From an uncultured Oscillospiraceae bacterium (GTDB lineage: Bacteria; Bacillota; Clostridia; Peptostreptococcales; Anaerovoracaceae), in assembly GCA_964489555.1 (NCBI GenBank), contig CAZAZF010000006.1, positions 42,592-106,591 of the forward strand: DNA of 64,000 nt, given 5' to 3'. The notes beneath the pieces were generated by a model. The model searched no databases, had not been told where the DNA came from, and saw only the letters and a list, made by a program, of their open reading frames with translations. Numbering within the stretch: position 1 is the first letter of the stretch; every line of letters starts with the position of its first letter. Of this stretch, positions 30,508 through 39,554 are shown piece by piece. The translations under genes and the position numbers were made by a program.

Positions 30508-31278
30508 TTGAAAAAAACAGCGATGCTTGTTGTCCTTTTCTTGGTTCTTGCAATTCTTGCGTTTATCATAATAGGCCAGCTGGACTTTTCCTCTTTTTCC
30601 AGCGGGGGCCTTGAAAAGGAAGTTTCTGGGGTAGAGGAGCCTGTTGTGCCGGATACGGAACAGGAAATGAGAGAAGCCATCCAACAGGATATGGAGAAGG
30701 GATTTCTTATCCTGGTCAATAAAGAGAAGGGCTTGGCAAAAGAGTATGTACCAGAAGATCTGGCAGAAATCAGCTATTTTGCCAAGGATCGTTCTCCTCA
30801 ATGGAGAAAAATGAGGCAGGAAGCAGTTCAGGCGTTCCATGCATTATGTGAGGACGCTTTGGAGCAGGAAATGGAAATTGTAGTGACCACCGCTTATCGT
30901 TCTTATGATTTTCAGTCCAGCCTATATTACAGTTATGTGGAATCTAGGGGTCAAGAGTGGGCAGACCGGTATAGTGCCAAACCCGGCACATCCGAACATC
31001 AAACAGGATTGGCAGCAGATTGTTCCTCGCCTTCTGTGGGATACCAACTCACCTCAACTTTTGGAGATACCCCGGAAGGAAAGTGGCTGGCAGAGAATGC
31101 CCATCGATTCGGATTTATCATTCGGTATCCTGAAGGGAAGGAAGCGATTACGGGTTACAACTATGAACCATGGCATATAAGGTATGTGGGAGTTTTATCG
31201 GCAGAACAGATTTACACAAAAGGGATTACATTGGAAGAATGGTTGGGTGAGTTTGCATTAGAACAAGGGGAGGAATAG
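30508..31278 (+). CDS. M15B-family D-alanyl-D-alanine carboxypeptidase (VanY-like), membrane anchored
   Basis: TTG start behind GGAG. N-terminal TM helix. LILVNKEKGL..YVPEDL, SEHQTGLAADC and EPWHIRYVG zinc-site motifs. Confidence 0.85.
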   Translation: MKKTAMLVVLFLVLAILAFIIIGQLDFSSFSSGGLEKEVSGVEEPVVPDTEQEMREAIQQDMEKGFLILVNKEKGLAKEYVPEDLAEISYFAKDRSPQWRKMRQEAVQAFHALCEDALEQEMEIVVTTAYRSYDFQSSLYYSYVESRGQEWADRYSAKPGTSEHQTGLAADCSSPSVGYQLTSTFGDTPEGKWLAENAHRFGFIIRYPEGKEAITGYNYEPWHIRYVGVLSAEQIYTKGITLEEWLGEFALEQGEE

Positions 31279-31281
31279 AGA

Positions 31282-32790
31282 ATGTCTGAATACTTTAAAG
31301 AACACTCCAGGACCTTTAGTGAATACCTATTGGTGCCGGGATATAGCAGCAAAGAATGTGTGACGGAAAATGTCAGTCTGAAAACTCCGGTGGTAAAATT
31401 CAAAAAAGGGGAAGAAGCTCCTCTCTCCATGAATATTCCATTGGTATCCGCCGTGATGCAATCGGTATCCGACGATCAAATGGCGGTGGCTTTGGCCAAA
31501 GAGGGGGGGATTTCTTTTATCTTTGCCAGCCAACCTATTGAGAGCCAAGCCGCTATGATTAAAAGAGTCAAAAGCCACAAGGCCGGTTTTGTCCAATCGG
31601 ATTCCAATATCCGGCCGGATCAAACTCTGGCGGACATTTTGAAGCTAAAGGAAAAGAGCGGCCATTCTACGGTGGCGGTTACAGATGATGGAACTCCCAA
31701 AGGTAAGGTACTGGGTATTGTTACCAGTCGAGACTACCGAGTCAGCCGAATGGATCCCGAAACTAAAGTTTCCGATTTTATGACCCCTTTCGAAAAGTTG
31801 GTTTATGGACAGGAAGGCATTTCCTTGAGCGAGGCTAACGATCTTTTATGGGACCACAAACTGAATGCACTTCCCATCATCGACAAAAATCAAAGATTAA
31901 CCCATTTTGTATTCCGAAAGGATTACGACAGCCATAAGGCCAATCCGAATGAACTTCTGGACAAAGACAAAAGATATGTGGTAGGAGCTGGTATCAATAC
32001 CCGGGATTACCAAGAACGGGTGGCCGCTCTGGTGGATGCCGGGGTGGATATTCTCTGCATCGACTCCTCGGAAGGTTTTACGGAATGGCAAAAAGAAACC
32101 ATTACCCATATTAAGGAAAAATACGATGGCACCGTGAAGGTGGGCGCCGGCAATGTAGTAGATCGTGAAGGATTTTTGTTCCTGGCAGAAAGCGGTGCGG
32201 ACTTCGTAAAGGTAGGAATCGGTGGAGGGTCCATTTGCATTACCCGGGAAACCAAAGGGATTGGGAGAGGGCAAGCCACCGCAGTGATTGAAATCGCCAA
32301 GGCCCGGGCCGAGTACTTTAATAAGACGGGAATCTATGTGCCCATCTGCTCAGATGGCGGAATCGTTTATGATTATCACATGGCATTGGCTCTGGCCATG
32401 GGCGCCGATTTCCTTATGCTGGGTAGATACTTTGCCCGCTTTGACGAATCACCAACTGCCAAGTTGAACATCAACGGAAACTATGTGAAGGAATATTGGG
32501 GAGAAGGCTCCAATCGGGCTCGAAACTGGCAACGATACGATATGGGTGGAGATGAAAAACTATCCTTCGAAGAGGGCGTGGATTCCTATGTGCCGTATGC
32601 CGGTTTGTTAAAAGACAATGTAAATCTTTCTTTGAACAAGGTAAAATCCACCATGTGTAATTGCGGAGTGTTATCCATACCCGAGCTTCAAAGTCAAGCC
32701 AAATTAACGGTGGTGTCTGCCACCAGCATTGTAGAAGGCGGAGCCCACGATGTGGTATTGAAAGATTCCGTCAGCGGCAACATTCGATAG
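31282..32790 (+). CDS. guaB: IMP dehydrogenase (about 500-aa subtype with CBS pair)
   Basis: [25 protein letters not shown] region, catalytic loop [12 protein letters not shown]. Starts 3 nt after the vanY-like stop. Confidence 0.88.
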   Translation: MSEYFKEHSRTFSEYLLVPGYSSKECVTENVSLKTPVVKFKKGEEAPLSMNIPLVSAVMQSVSDDQMAVALAKEGGISFIFASQPIESQAAMIKRVKSHKAGFVQSDSNIRPDQTLADILKLKEKSGHSTVAVTDDGTPKGKVLGIVTSRDYRVSRMDPETKVSDFMTPFEKLVYGQEGISLSEANDLLWDHKLNALPIIDKNQRLTHFVFRKDYDSHKANPNELLDKDKRYVVGAGINTRDYQERVAALVDAGVDILCIDSSEGFTEWQKETITHIKEKYDGTVKVGAGNVVDREGFLFLAESGADFVKVGIGGGSICITRETKGIGRGQATAVIEIAKARAEYFNKTGIYVPICSDGGIVYDYHMALALAMGADFLMLGRYFARFDESPTAKLNINGNYVKEYWGEGSNRARNWQRYDMGGDEKLSFEEGVDSYVPYAGLLKDNVNLSLNKVKSTMCNCGVLSIPELQSQAKLTVVSATSIVEGGAHDVVLKDSVSGNIR

Positions 32791-32800
32791 GGGGAGAAAA

Positions 32801-34369
32801 ATGGAATATCCAGGGATTTTAGTAGTGGATTTCGGAGGTCAATACAATCAACTGATTGCCCGAAGAGTCCGGGAAGCCGGTGTATATTGTGAAATTGTAC
32901 CTTATGGGAAGGCCATGGAATCCCTAGAAAAGGATGCTCCTGAAGGAGTGATTCTAACCGGTGGTCCTGCTTCGGTTTATGAGGAGGGGGCACCCGGCTT
33001 GCCGGAAGCCTTTTTTCACATGGGAGTTCCCGTGTTGGGAATTTGCTATGGAGCTCAGCTGATGGCTCATGTAATGGGAGGTCAAGTGGTCAGCCCCGAT
33101 TTCAAGGAGTATGGAAGAGTCCCTATCTTCTTTCAGCAGAAGAAGGAAGTGAAGAAGGACTTGGTAAGTTTGATTTTTGAAGGAATCCCTGGTGACAACA
33201 TTTGTTGGATGAGCCATACCGACTACATTCAAAGGGTTCCTCCCGGATTCCGGGTTTCTTCTGTGACGGAGCACTGTCCCACCGCTTCCATGGAATGGCC
33301 GGAGAAAAAATTGTACGGTGTACAGTTTCACCCGGAAGTATTTCACACTCCTTTTGGCCAGGACCTGATCAAAAACTTTCTCTACCGGGTTGCGGGGTGC
33401 AAGGGAAACTGGACCATGGCCAATTTTGCCATAGAAAAGGTGGAAGAAATTCGTCAAAAGGTGGGAGACAAGAAAGTTCTTTGCGCCTTGTCCGGTGGTG
33501 TGGATTCTTCGGTAGCTGCCTTGCTAGTTCACCAGGCCATTGGCGACAATCTGACTTGTGTTTTTGTGGACCATGGTCTTCTTCGAAAGGGAGAGGGGGA
33601 TCAGGTGATGGAGGTTTACGGGCAACAGTTTCATATGAGAGTGGTTCGTGTGGATGCCAAGGAAGCCTTCTTGTCCGCATTGGCGGGTGTAACGGAACCG
33701 GAAGAAAAAAGAAAGATTATCGGCCGGGAGTTTATTCGGGTCTTTGATGAAGAAACCAGGAAGATTTATCATGAAATGGGGCAGATTGACTATCTGTTAC
33801 AGGGTACGATTTACCCGGATGTGGTAGAGAGCGGCCAGGGGGAGTCGGCTGTTATCAAGAGTCACCACAATGTGGGGGGTCTTCCGGAAGATATGAAGTT
33901 GGAGCTTTTGGAACCCTTGCGTAACCTTTTTAAGGATGAAGTTCGAAAAGTGGGGGAAGAACTGGGTTTGGCTAGCCAGCTGGTTCATCGCCAACCTTTC
34001 CCGGGGCCGGGATTAGCTATCCGTTGTTTGGGGGAAATTACGGCGGAAAAACTGGCTATCTTGAGAGAATCCGATGCCATTTTGCGGGAAGAAATATTCA
34101 AGGCAGGGTTGGATCGGGAAATTTGGCAGTATTTCACCGTGCTGCCCAATGTGAAAAGTGTGGGAGTCATGGGAGATTTCCGAACTTATGACCATTTGGT
34201 GGCCATCCGGGCCATCACTTCTGTAGACGGTATGACGGGAGATTGGGCCAGAATCCCGTATGAAGTGCTGGAAAAAATCAGCAATCGAATTGTTAATGAA
34301 GTTCCCGGCGTAAACCGCATCGCCTATGATATTACAAGTAAACCGCCCTCGACGGTGGAGTGGGAGTAG
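32801..34369 (+). CDS. guaA: GMP synthase (glutamine-hydrolysing), full length
   Basis: GATase triad motifs [11 protein letters not shown] and VQFHPEV. PP-loop [12 protein letters not shown]-terminal ...PPSTVEWE. Confidence 0.95.
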   Translation: MEYPGILVVDFGGQYNQLIARRVREAGVYCEIVPYGKAMESLEKDAPEGVILTGGPASVYEEGAPGLPEAFFHMGVPVLGICYGAQLMAHVMGGQVVSPDFKEYGRVPIFFQQKKEVKKDLVSLIFEGIPGDNICWMSHTDYIQRVPPGFRVSSVTEHCPTASMEWPEKKLYGVQFHPEVFHTPFGQDLIKNFLYRVAGCKGNWTMANFAIEKVEEIRQKVGDKKVLCALSGGVDSSVAALLVHQAIGDNLTCVFVDHGLLRKGEGDQVMEVYGQQFHMRVVRVDAKEAFLSALAGVTEPEEKRKIIGREFIRVFDEETRKIYHEMGQIDYLLQGTIYPDVVESGQGESAVIKSHHNVGGLPEDMKLELLEPLRNLFKDEVRKVGEELGLASQLVHRQPFPGPGLAIRCLGEITAEKLAILRESDAILREEIFKAGLDREIWQYFTVLPNVKSVGVMGDFRTYDHLVAIRAITSVDGMTGDWARIPYEVLEKISNRIVNEVPGVNRIAYDITSKPPSTVEWE

Positions 34370-34394
34370 AGGGAGAATAAAGGAGGACTTAGCC

Positions 34395-34742
34395 ATGAAT
34401 AAATATGTTTTTAATGATTATTTTCATGAACCAGAGGAGAAAATTGCCAAGCGGATGCTATTCAAAAGCGACAATGTGATTGCCTTTGTTCTAAACATTG
34501 CGAAAGGTGAAATACTACCGGGTCATACCCATATGGATTCCACCCTTTTTCTGCAAGTTATGAAGGGCCAAGCCAAGGTGGTAACGGATGGCAAGGAAAC
34601 ACCGCTAGAAGTGGGAGAGTTGATGCAAGTAGATGGACCGGAAAGCTTGCAGGTCATCAACTCTGGGGATGATGTATTGCGCCTCTTTGTCACCATTTCG
34701 CCCATGGGGTCTGAGGCTTTTGCCACGGATGCCAATGTGTAA
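34395..34742 (+). CDS. Cupin-domain protein
   Basis: AGGAGG plus ATG 34395. GEILPGHTHMDS...LQV..G motif of cupin_2. 115 aa. Confidence 0.7.
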   Translation: MNKYVFNDYFHEPEEKIAKRMLFKSDNVIAFVLNIAKGEILPGHTHMDSTLFLQVMKGQAKVVTDGKETPLEVGELMQVDGPESLQVINSGDDVLRLFVTISPMGSEAFATDANV

Positions 34743-34794
34743 TATGTCATAAAATTTGTCGTATCAAAAGGGATGAAGGCAGAGGAGATAAAAT

Positions 34795-35871
34795 ATGAAA
34801 ATACCCAAATTAGATATCAATGGGCTGATGGTGGATATTCCCATTGTGCAAGGAGCCATGGGAATCGGTGTTTCCGGCCCTTGCCTGGCGGCTGCGGTGG
34901 CTAATGAAGGCGGTGTCGGTGTGCTGGCAGGTGTGAATCTAGGATATGGGGAACCGGACTTTTATCAGGACAAATTAAAGGCAGATTTAAGAGCCTTGAA
35001 ATTACAGATTCAGAAGGTGAGAGAGCTGTCTCCAACGGGAGTCATCGGTATCAATCTGATGGTGGCTATGAATCATTATGAGGAGATGGCAAGAGCAGCC
35101 GCCCAAGGCGGCATCGATCTCATCATATCGGGTGCAGGGCTTCCTACCAAGCTTCCCCAGTATGTGGAAGGCCTTAAAACCCGCATCGCACCCATTGTAT
35201 CTTCGGGGAAAGCAGCTAAGGTGATTCTTCATTACTGGGAGAAGCATTACGGGAGAACCGCTGACATGATTGTAGTGGAGGGTCCGGAAGCAGGAGGGCA
35301 TCTGGGTTTCTCCAACGAAGTGTTGACTTCGGCAAATCGCCCTCCGGTAATGGATTTGGTCAAAGATGTTTTGGAGGCCATTCAACCCTTCCAGGAAAAA
35401 TTCAAACGGAGGATTCCGGTGATCGCGGCCGGAGGCATCTATACCGGTGAAGATATTGCCCATTGCTTGAAAGAGGGCGCCAGCGGTGTGCAAATGGCTA
35501 CCCGCTTTGTGGCCACCGAGGAATGCGATGCCCATCCTCGATTTAAGGAAGAATACATCAAAGCAAAAGAGGAAGATGTGGTGATACTTCAAAGTCCGGT
35601 GGGAATGCCGGGAAGGGCCATCCATAATAAATTTCTTAAAGAGGTGGCGGAAAGCAAGAAGAAAATCACCTCTTGTGTGGACTGTCTTCGAACCTGCGAT
35701 CCCAAAGTTGCCCCTTACTGTATATCTACGGCTCTCATTCATTCCGTAACAGGAAATGTGGATGAAGGTTTGGTGTTTGCCGGGTCCAATGTTCATAAAG
35801 TGGATTGCATTTTGACCGTGAAGAAATTGATGAAGGAGTTGGTTCAGGAGACGGAGGGTGCCCTAGGATAA
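34795..35871 (+). CDS. Nitronate monooxygenase-family FMN oxidoreductase (NMO/FabK-like)
   Basis: IPIVQGAMG, VEGPEAGGHLG and IPVIAAGGI motifs. 358 aa. Confidence 0.8.
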   Translation: MKIPKLDINGLMVDIPIVQGAMGIGVSGPCLAAAVANEGGVGVLAGVNLGYGEPDFYQDKLKADLRALKLQIQKVRELSPTGVIGINLMVAMNHYEEMARAAAQGGIDLIISGAGLPTKLPQYVEGLKTRIAPIVSSGKAAKVILHYWEKHYGRTADMIVVEGPEAGGHLGFSNEVLTSANRPPVMDLVKDVLEAIQPFQEKFKRRIPVIAAGGIYTGEDIAHCLKEGASGVQMATRFVATEECDAHPRFKEEYIKAKEEDVVILQSPVGMPGRAIHNKFLKEVAESKKKITSCVDCLRTCDPKVAPYCISTALIHSVTGNVDEGLVFAGSNVHKVDCILTVKKLMKELVQETEGALG

Positions 35872-36555
35872 ATGGAAATAAAGAAATTATGGGATACCCC
35901 AAGGGACCGATTGGACCCTTGGGCAAGAAAAACATTTTATCAAATATCCGGCTTGCATCGGGAGGCGCCGGGTCAGGTTCGCATGGAAAACCAAGCGAAG
36001 AAAAGTTGGGAGGATGTCAAAGACCATATTTATCCCCGAGCCATCCTGTCCCACTATACGGAAGTGGGCCTCAAAGAAGGCCGACTGACCTTGGATGGAG
36101 AATGGATATTTTCTCAAGTGTTGGAACAGGTGGATTCCAGTATCATCAAAGGTGCAGTGGCTTACGGGTTAACCATCGGAGACTTGCCGGAGGATCCGGA
36201 CTTGTTCCTGAAATTAATGGGAGACTTCTGGGGCACCGCATATATTGATTCCGCCCGAAAGGCTATGTGGGAGGATTTACAAAATTGGGAAGAGTTTCAG
36301 GGCCTTTCTTTTAGTGAAGAGCTGGGACCCGGCTTCTTTGGTATGGGGACCAACAACTTAATGAAGTTTGATCGACTTCTAGACTTGTCTCAGATAGATG
36401 TGATGCTTTTAGATAAGGGAGCTATGATGCCCTCCAAATCCGTGGTTGGATTATTCCTTCTCACCGAGGGAGAGCCTCTGGTATTCCCGGACCGTTGCCT
36501 GTTTTGCAAGGGAAATGAAAAGGGATGTGCTTTTTGTGGGGAGAATCAGCAATGA
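35872..36555 (+). CDS. Protein resembling the stand-alone methionine-synthase B12 activation (reactivation) domain, with C-terminal Cys cluster
   Basis: ELGPGFFGMG...KFDRLLDLSQIDVMLLDKGAMMPSKSVVGLF parallels the PGY...LL...L.E...M.P..S.SG core of the MetH activation domain. Ends CLFCKGNEKGCAFCG. Assigned from memory of the family pattern only. Confidence 0.45.
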   Translation: MEIKKLWDTPRDRLDPWARKTFYQISGLHREAPGQVRMENQAKKSWEDVKDHIYPRAILSHYTEVGLKEGRLTLDGEWIFSQVLEQVDSSIIKGAVAYGLTIGDLPEDPDLFLKLMGDFWGTAYIDSARKAMWEDLQNWEEFQGLSFSEELGPGFFGMGTNNLMKFDRLLDLSQIDVMLLDKGAMMPSKSVVGLFLLTEGEPLVFPDRCLFCKGNEKGCAFCGENQQ

Positions 36556-37940
36556 GTGAAAAAGCCTTTGTTTGCACCGGGGACTGTCTCACATGCGGGA
36601 GGTGTTTTTCCAGAGAGACAAAAGACCAAAAATCGCCGGGGAAGGGTATGATGACCTTTCCTCCGGATTTTATGTGGGATTCCGGACAGGAAGGCCTGGG
36701 GCTGGCTTTTGACCTGGGCACTACTACATTGGCTGCTTTATTATGGAATCGAACCACAGGTGCTTTGATTGGATCCCAAACCATGTCGAATCCTCAAAGA
36801 ATTCATGGGGCCGATGTGATTTCCAGAATTACCTATGCTGGAGAAACCTGGAACCATATGAGCGAGTTACAACAAAGGCTCCTCCAAGGAGTACATCAGT
36901 TAAAGGATGCTCTTTTGAACCGGTTCTGCTATCACGAAGAAAAGCTGACACGCGCCGTTTTCTGTGGCAACACCACCATGTCCCACTTTTTACTGAGGGA
37001 AGATCCCCAGGGGTTGGCCGTATCTCCTTTTCAACCAGCCTATGAAGGAGATCGGGAACTGGATGGAAGAGAGTTGGGATTTATGGACCATGTTTCCATT
37101 TATGTACTTCCCAATATTGCCGGCCATGTGGGAGGAGATATTACAGCAGGCATGGTGTCTTCCAGGGTACTTAAGCGGAAAGGATGCAATCTGTTCATGG
37201 ATTTGGGAACCAATGGAGAGATTGTTCTGGCGGAGGAGGGAAAAGGCTTGGCTTGTTCCACCGCGGCAGGGCCTGCTTTCGAAGGGGCCTCTCTTTCCTG
37301 TGGATGTCGGGCAGGAGAAGGCGCCATTGATGAGTTGGTTATCCAAGAAGAGATGACTTTCCATACCATTGGAAATGGCAAACCGGTGGGAATCTGTGGG
37401 TCGGGCATTCTATCCGCGGTAGCGGAGATGCGAAAAGCCGGACTTATCAATAGCAGGGGCCGTCTGATCAGTGGGGAAGAGTGGGAAGAGGCTCACCCTT
37501 GTTCACCCTTGGGGAAAAGATTGGTTACCCGGGGAAAGGAGCGACTTTTTCTTTTGTGGAAGGAAGGGGATGAAGAAGTAGCTATCTGCCAACAGGATAT
37601 CCGGGAGATCCAAATGGCCAAGAGTGCCATCCGAACCGGTGTGGAATTGCTGTTGAAGCGATGGAAACGGACTCCGGAAGATTTGACGGGAATCTATATG
37701 GCGGGGGCCTTCGGAAACACTTTGAAAATAGAGGATGCCCTGTATTTGGGGGTGCTTCCCCCGGTGGCGGCAAATCGGGTGCATGGGCTGGGAAATACTG
37801 CCGGAGCCGGAGCTTCCATGGTTTTACTCAGCGAAGAGGAAGAAGAACGGTGCTATCAGATGCCAAAGAAGTTGGAGCACGTGGAATTGGCTCTAGATGA
37901 GGAATTTCAAGAGAATTACTTAAAATATATGGATTTTTAA
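36552..37940 (+). CDS. ASKHA-fold DUF4445 protein (RACo/corrinoid reductive-activase-like) lacking the usual 2Fe-2S ferredoxin domain
   Basis: ATGA overlap with the preceding gene. N-terminal CTGDCLTCGRC. ASKHA phosphate motifs GLAFDLGTTT, DLGTNGE, GICGSG and AGAFG. Confidence 0.6.
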   Translation: MSEKAFVCTGDCLTCGRCFSRETKDQKSPGKGMMTFPPDFMWDSGQEGLGLAFDLGTTTLAALLWNRTTGALIGSQTMSNPQRIHGADVISRITYAGETWNHMSELQQRLLQGVHQLKDALLNRFCYHEEKLTRAVFCGNTTMSHFLLREDPQGLAVSPFQPAYEGDRELDGRELGFMDHVSIYVLPNIAGHVGGDITAGMVSSRVLKRKGCNLFMDLGTNGEIVLAEEGKGLACSTAAGPAFEGASLSCGCRAGEGAIDELVIQEEMTFHTIGNGKPVGICGSGILSAVAEMRKAGLINSRGRLISGEEWEEAHPCSPLGKRLVTRGKERLFLLWKEGDEEVAICQQDIREIQMAKSAIRTGVELLLKRWKRTPEDLTGIYMAGAFGNTLKIEDALYLGVLPPVAANRVHGLGNTAGAGASMVLLSEEEEERCYQMPKKLEHVELALDEEFQENYLKYMDF

Positions 37941-37970
37941 CTTTTGGTTAGAGGATGTCATTCATTTTGG

Positions 37971-38008
37971 AAAAGGCGTTGGTGTCAATAAAGGGAAGCG
38001 CCTTTTTT
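37971..38008 (+). terminator. Possible terminator after the DUF4445 gene
   Basis: AAAAGGCG ... CGCCTTTT stem followed by a T run, but with a 20-nt loop, so it is weak. Confidence 0.35.
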
Positions 38009-38169
38009 GTTTGTCTTTTTTTATAAGACAGAAAAATGCACGATTGTCATGGATTTGTCCGATAAAAGGCCTAATCTTTGTGAGAAAATTATGATAACAA
38101 TAAGATAGGAATGATTGTGAGAGCCGGAGGGGTAAAAACCGGCTCAAGGGAATGGAAAGGAGGTATAAA

Positions 38170-39531
38170 ATGACAGACTTGAACCACGATGTAAAACTGA
38201 AGAGAACATTATCTTTGCCGCTTCTCATCATGTTTGGATTGGCTTACTTGGCACCTACTGTAGTTTTCAACTATTATGGTATATTTACCGCCAGTACAGG
38301 AGGAATGTACACGTTGGCTTTTGCCATCACCACGGTAGTTATGCTCTTTACCGCATTCAGCTATGTGCAAATGGTGCGGGCTTTCCCGGTGGCGGGATCG
38401 GCTTACACCTATGTCAATCGTTCGGTGCAACCCCATGTGGGGTTCCTGACCGGATGGGTCATGCTTTTGGATTATTTATTGTTACCCATGATTTGTTATT
38501 TATTGTTGGGAATTTATGTGAATGAATTTTTCCCTGTAATTCCCATTTGGCTGATTGTAATTGTAGTGGGAGCCATTGGTTGCATCATTAACATCATTGG
38601 CATGAAAACGGCCAGCATTATTGATACGGTCATTATTGCGGCGCAGCTTGGTTTTACTTTGTTGCTAATTCTTGTAATTATTAAATATGTGACCGGGGGT
38701 GGAGGAACCGGGACCTTGAGTGTTCCCGAGGCGGTTTACAATCCGGCCACCTTTGATATTGGAAATATACTTACTGCATCTGCAGTTTTGTGCGTATCTT
38801 TTGTGGGTTTTGATGCGGTAACCACTATGGCGGAAGAAACCAAAGAACCGGAACGGGTCATGGGCAAAGCGGTATTGGGCGTAACCATTGGAGCGGGGAT
38901 TCTTTTTATGATTGCTTCCTATTTCACACAAATTGCTTGGCCCAATGCCTATCAAGAAATTGAAAATGTAGATGCCGGGATTTTTGAGCTTTTTCCTACG
39001 ATAGGACAGGATTGGCTGGGGGATGTGTTCTTTATTACAGACAATTTTGCTACCTTTATTTGCGCCATGGCCGGAATGGCAGCGGTTTCACGCATCTTGT
39101 ATGGAATGGGCCGAGACAATATTCTTCCCAAAAGGTTTTTTGGAAAAATCTCCCCCAGATTTCAAACTCCAGTGAACAACATTGTGTTAACCACTATTGT
39201 TGCCATGACAGCATTATTCTATCAGGACAATTTATTTGGTGCCGCCTCTTTGATTTCATTTGGAGCGGTAGTGGGATTTTTCATGGTCAACCTGTCTGTT
39301 GTATCTCACTACTATATTCGTAACAAACAGCGAGGTGGGAAGAACACTTTGAAGTATCTTATAATGCCTTGCTTAGGAATGATTACCTTGATTGTCGTAT
39401 TCATTAATATTGAAAACAACGCTAAGATTTTGGGATTCTCCTGGTTGCTTGTGGGGCTGATTTATCTGGCCATCAAGACCAAGGGCTTCAAGACCTTGCC
39501 TCCGGAAATGGCATTGGAAGAGTCGGAATAA
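38170..39531 (+). CDS. APC-superfamily amino acid/polyamine permease
   Basis: GGAGG plus ATG 38170. 12-TM pattern and an N-terminal LKRTLSLPLLIMFGLAYLAPT motif typical of APC carriers. Confidence 0.8.
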   Translation: MTDLNHDVKLKRTLSLPLLIMFGLAYLAPTVVFNYYGIFTASTGGMYTLAFAITTVVMLFTAFSYVQMVRAFPVAGSAYTYVNRSVQPHVGFLTGWVMLLDYLLLPMICYLLLGIYVNEFFPVIPIWLIVIVVGAIGCIINIIGMKTASIIDTVIIAAQLGFTLLLILVIIKYVTGGGGTGTLSVPEAVYNPATFDIGNILTASAVLCVSFVGFDAVTTMAEETKEPERVMGKAVLGVTIGAGILFMIASYFTQIAWPNAYQEIENVDAGIFELFPTIGQDWLGDVFFITDNFATFICAMAGMAAVSRILYGMGRDNILPKRFFGKISPRFQTPVNNIVLTTIVAMTALFYQDNLFGAASLISFGAVVGFFMVNLSVVSHYYIRNKQRGGKNTLKYLIMPCLGMITLIVVFINIENNAKILGFSWLLVGLIYLAIKTKGFKTLPPEMALEESE

Positions 39532-39554
39532 CCTGGAAAGGAGAGAAGGAAATA

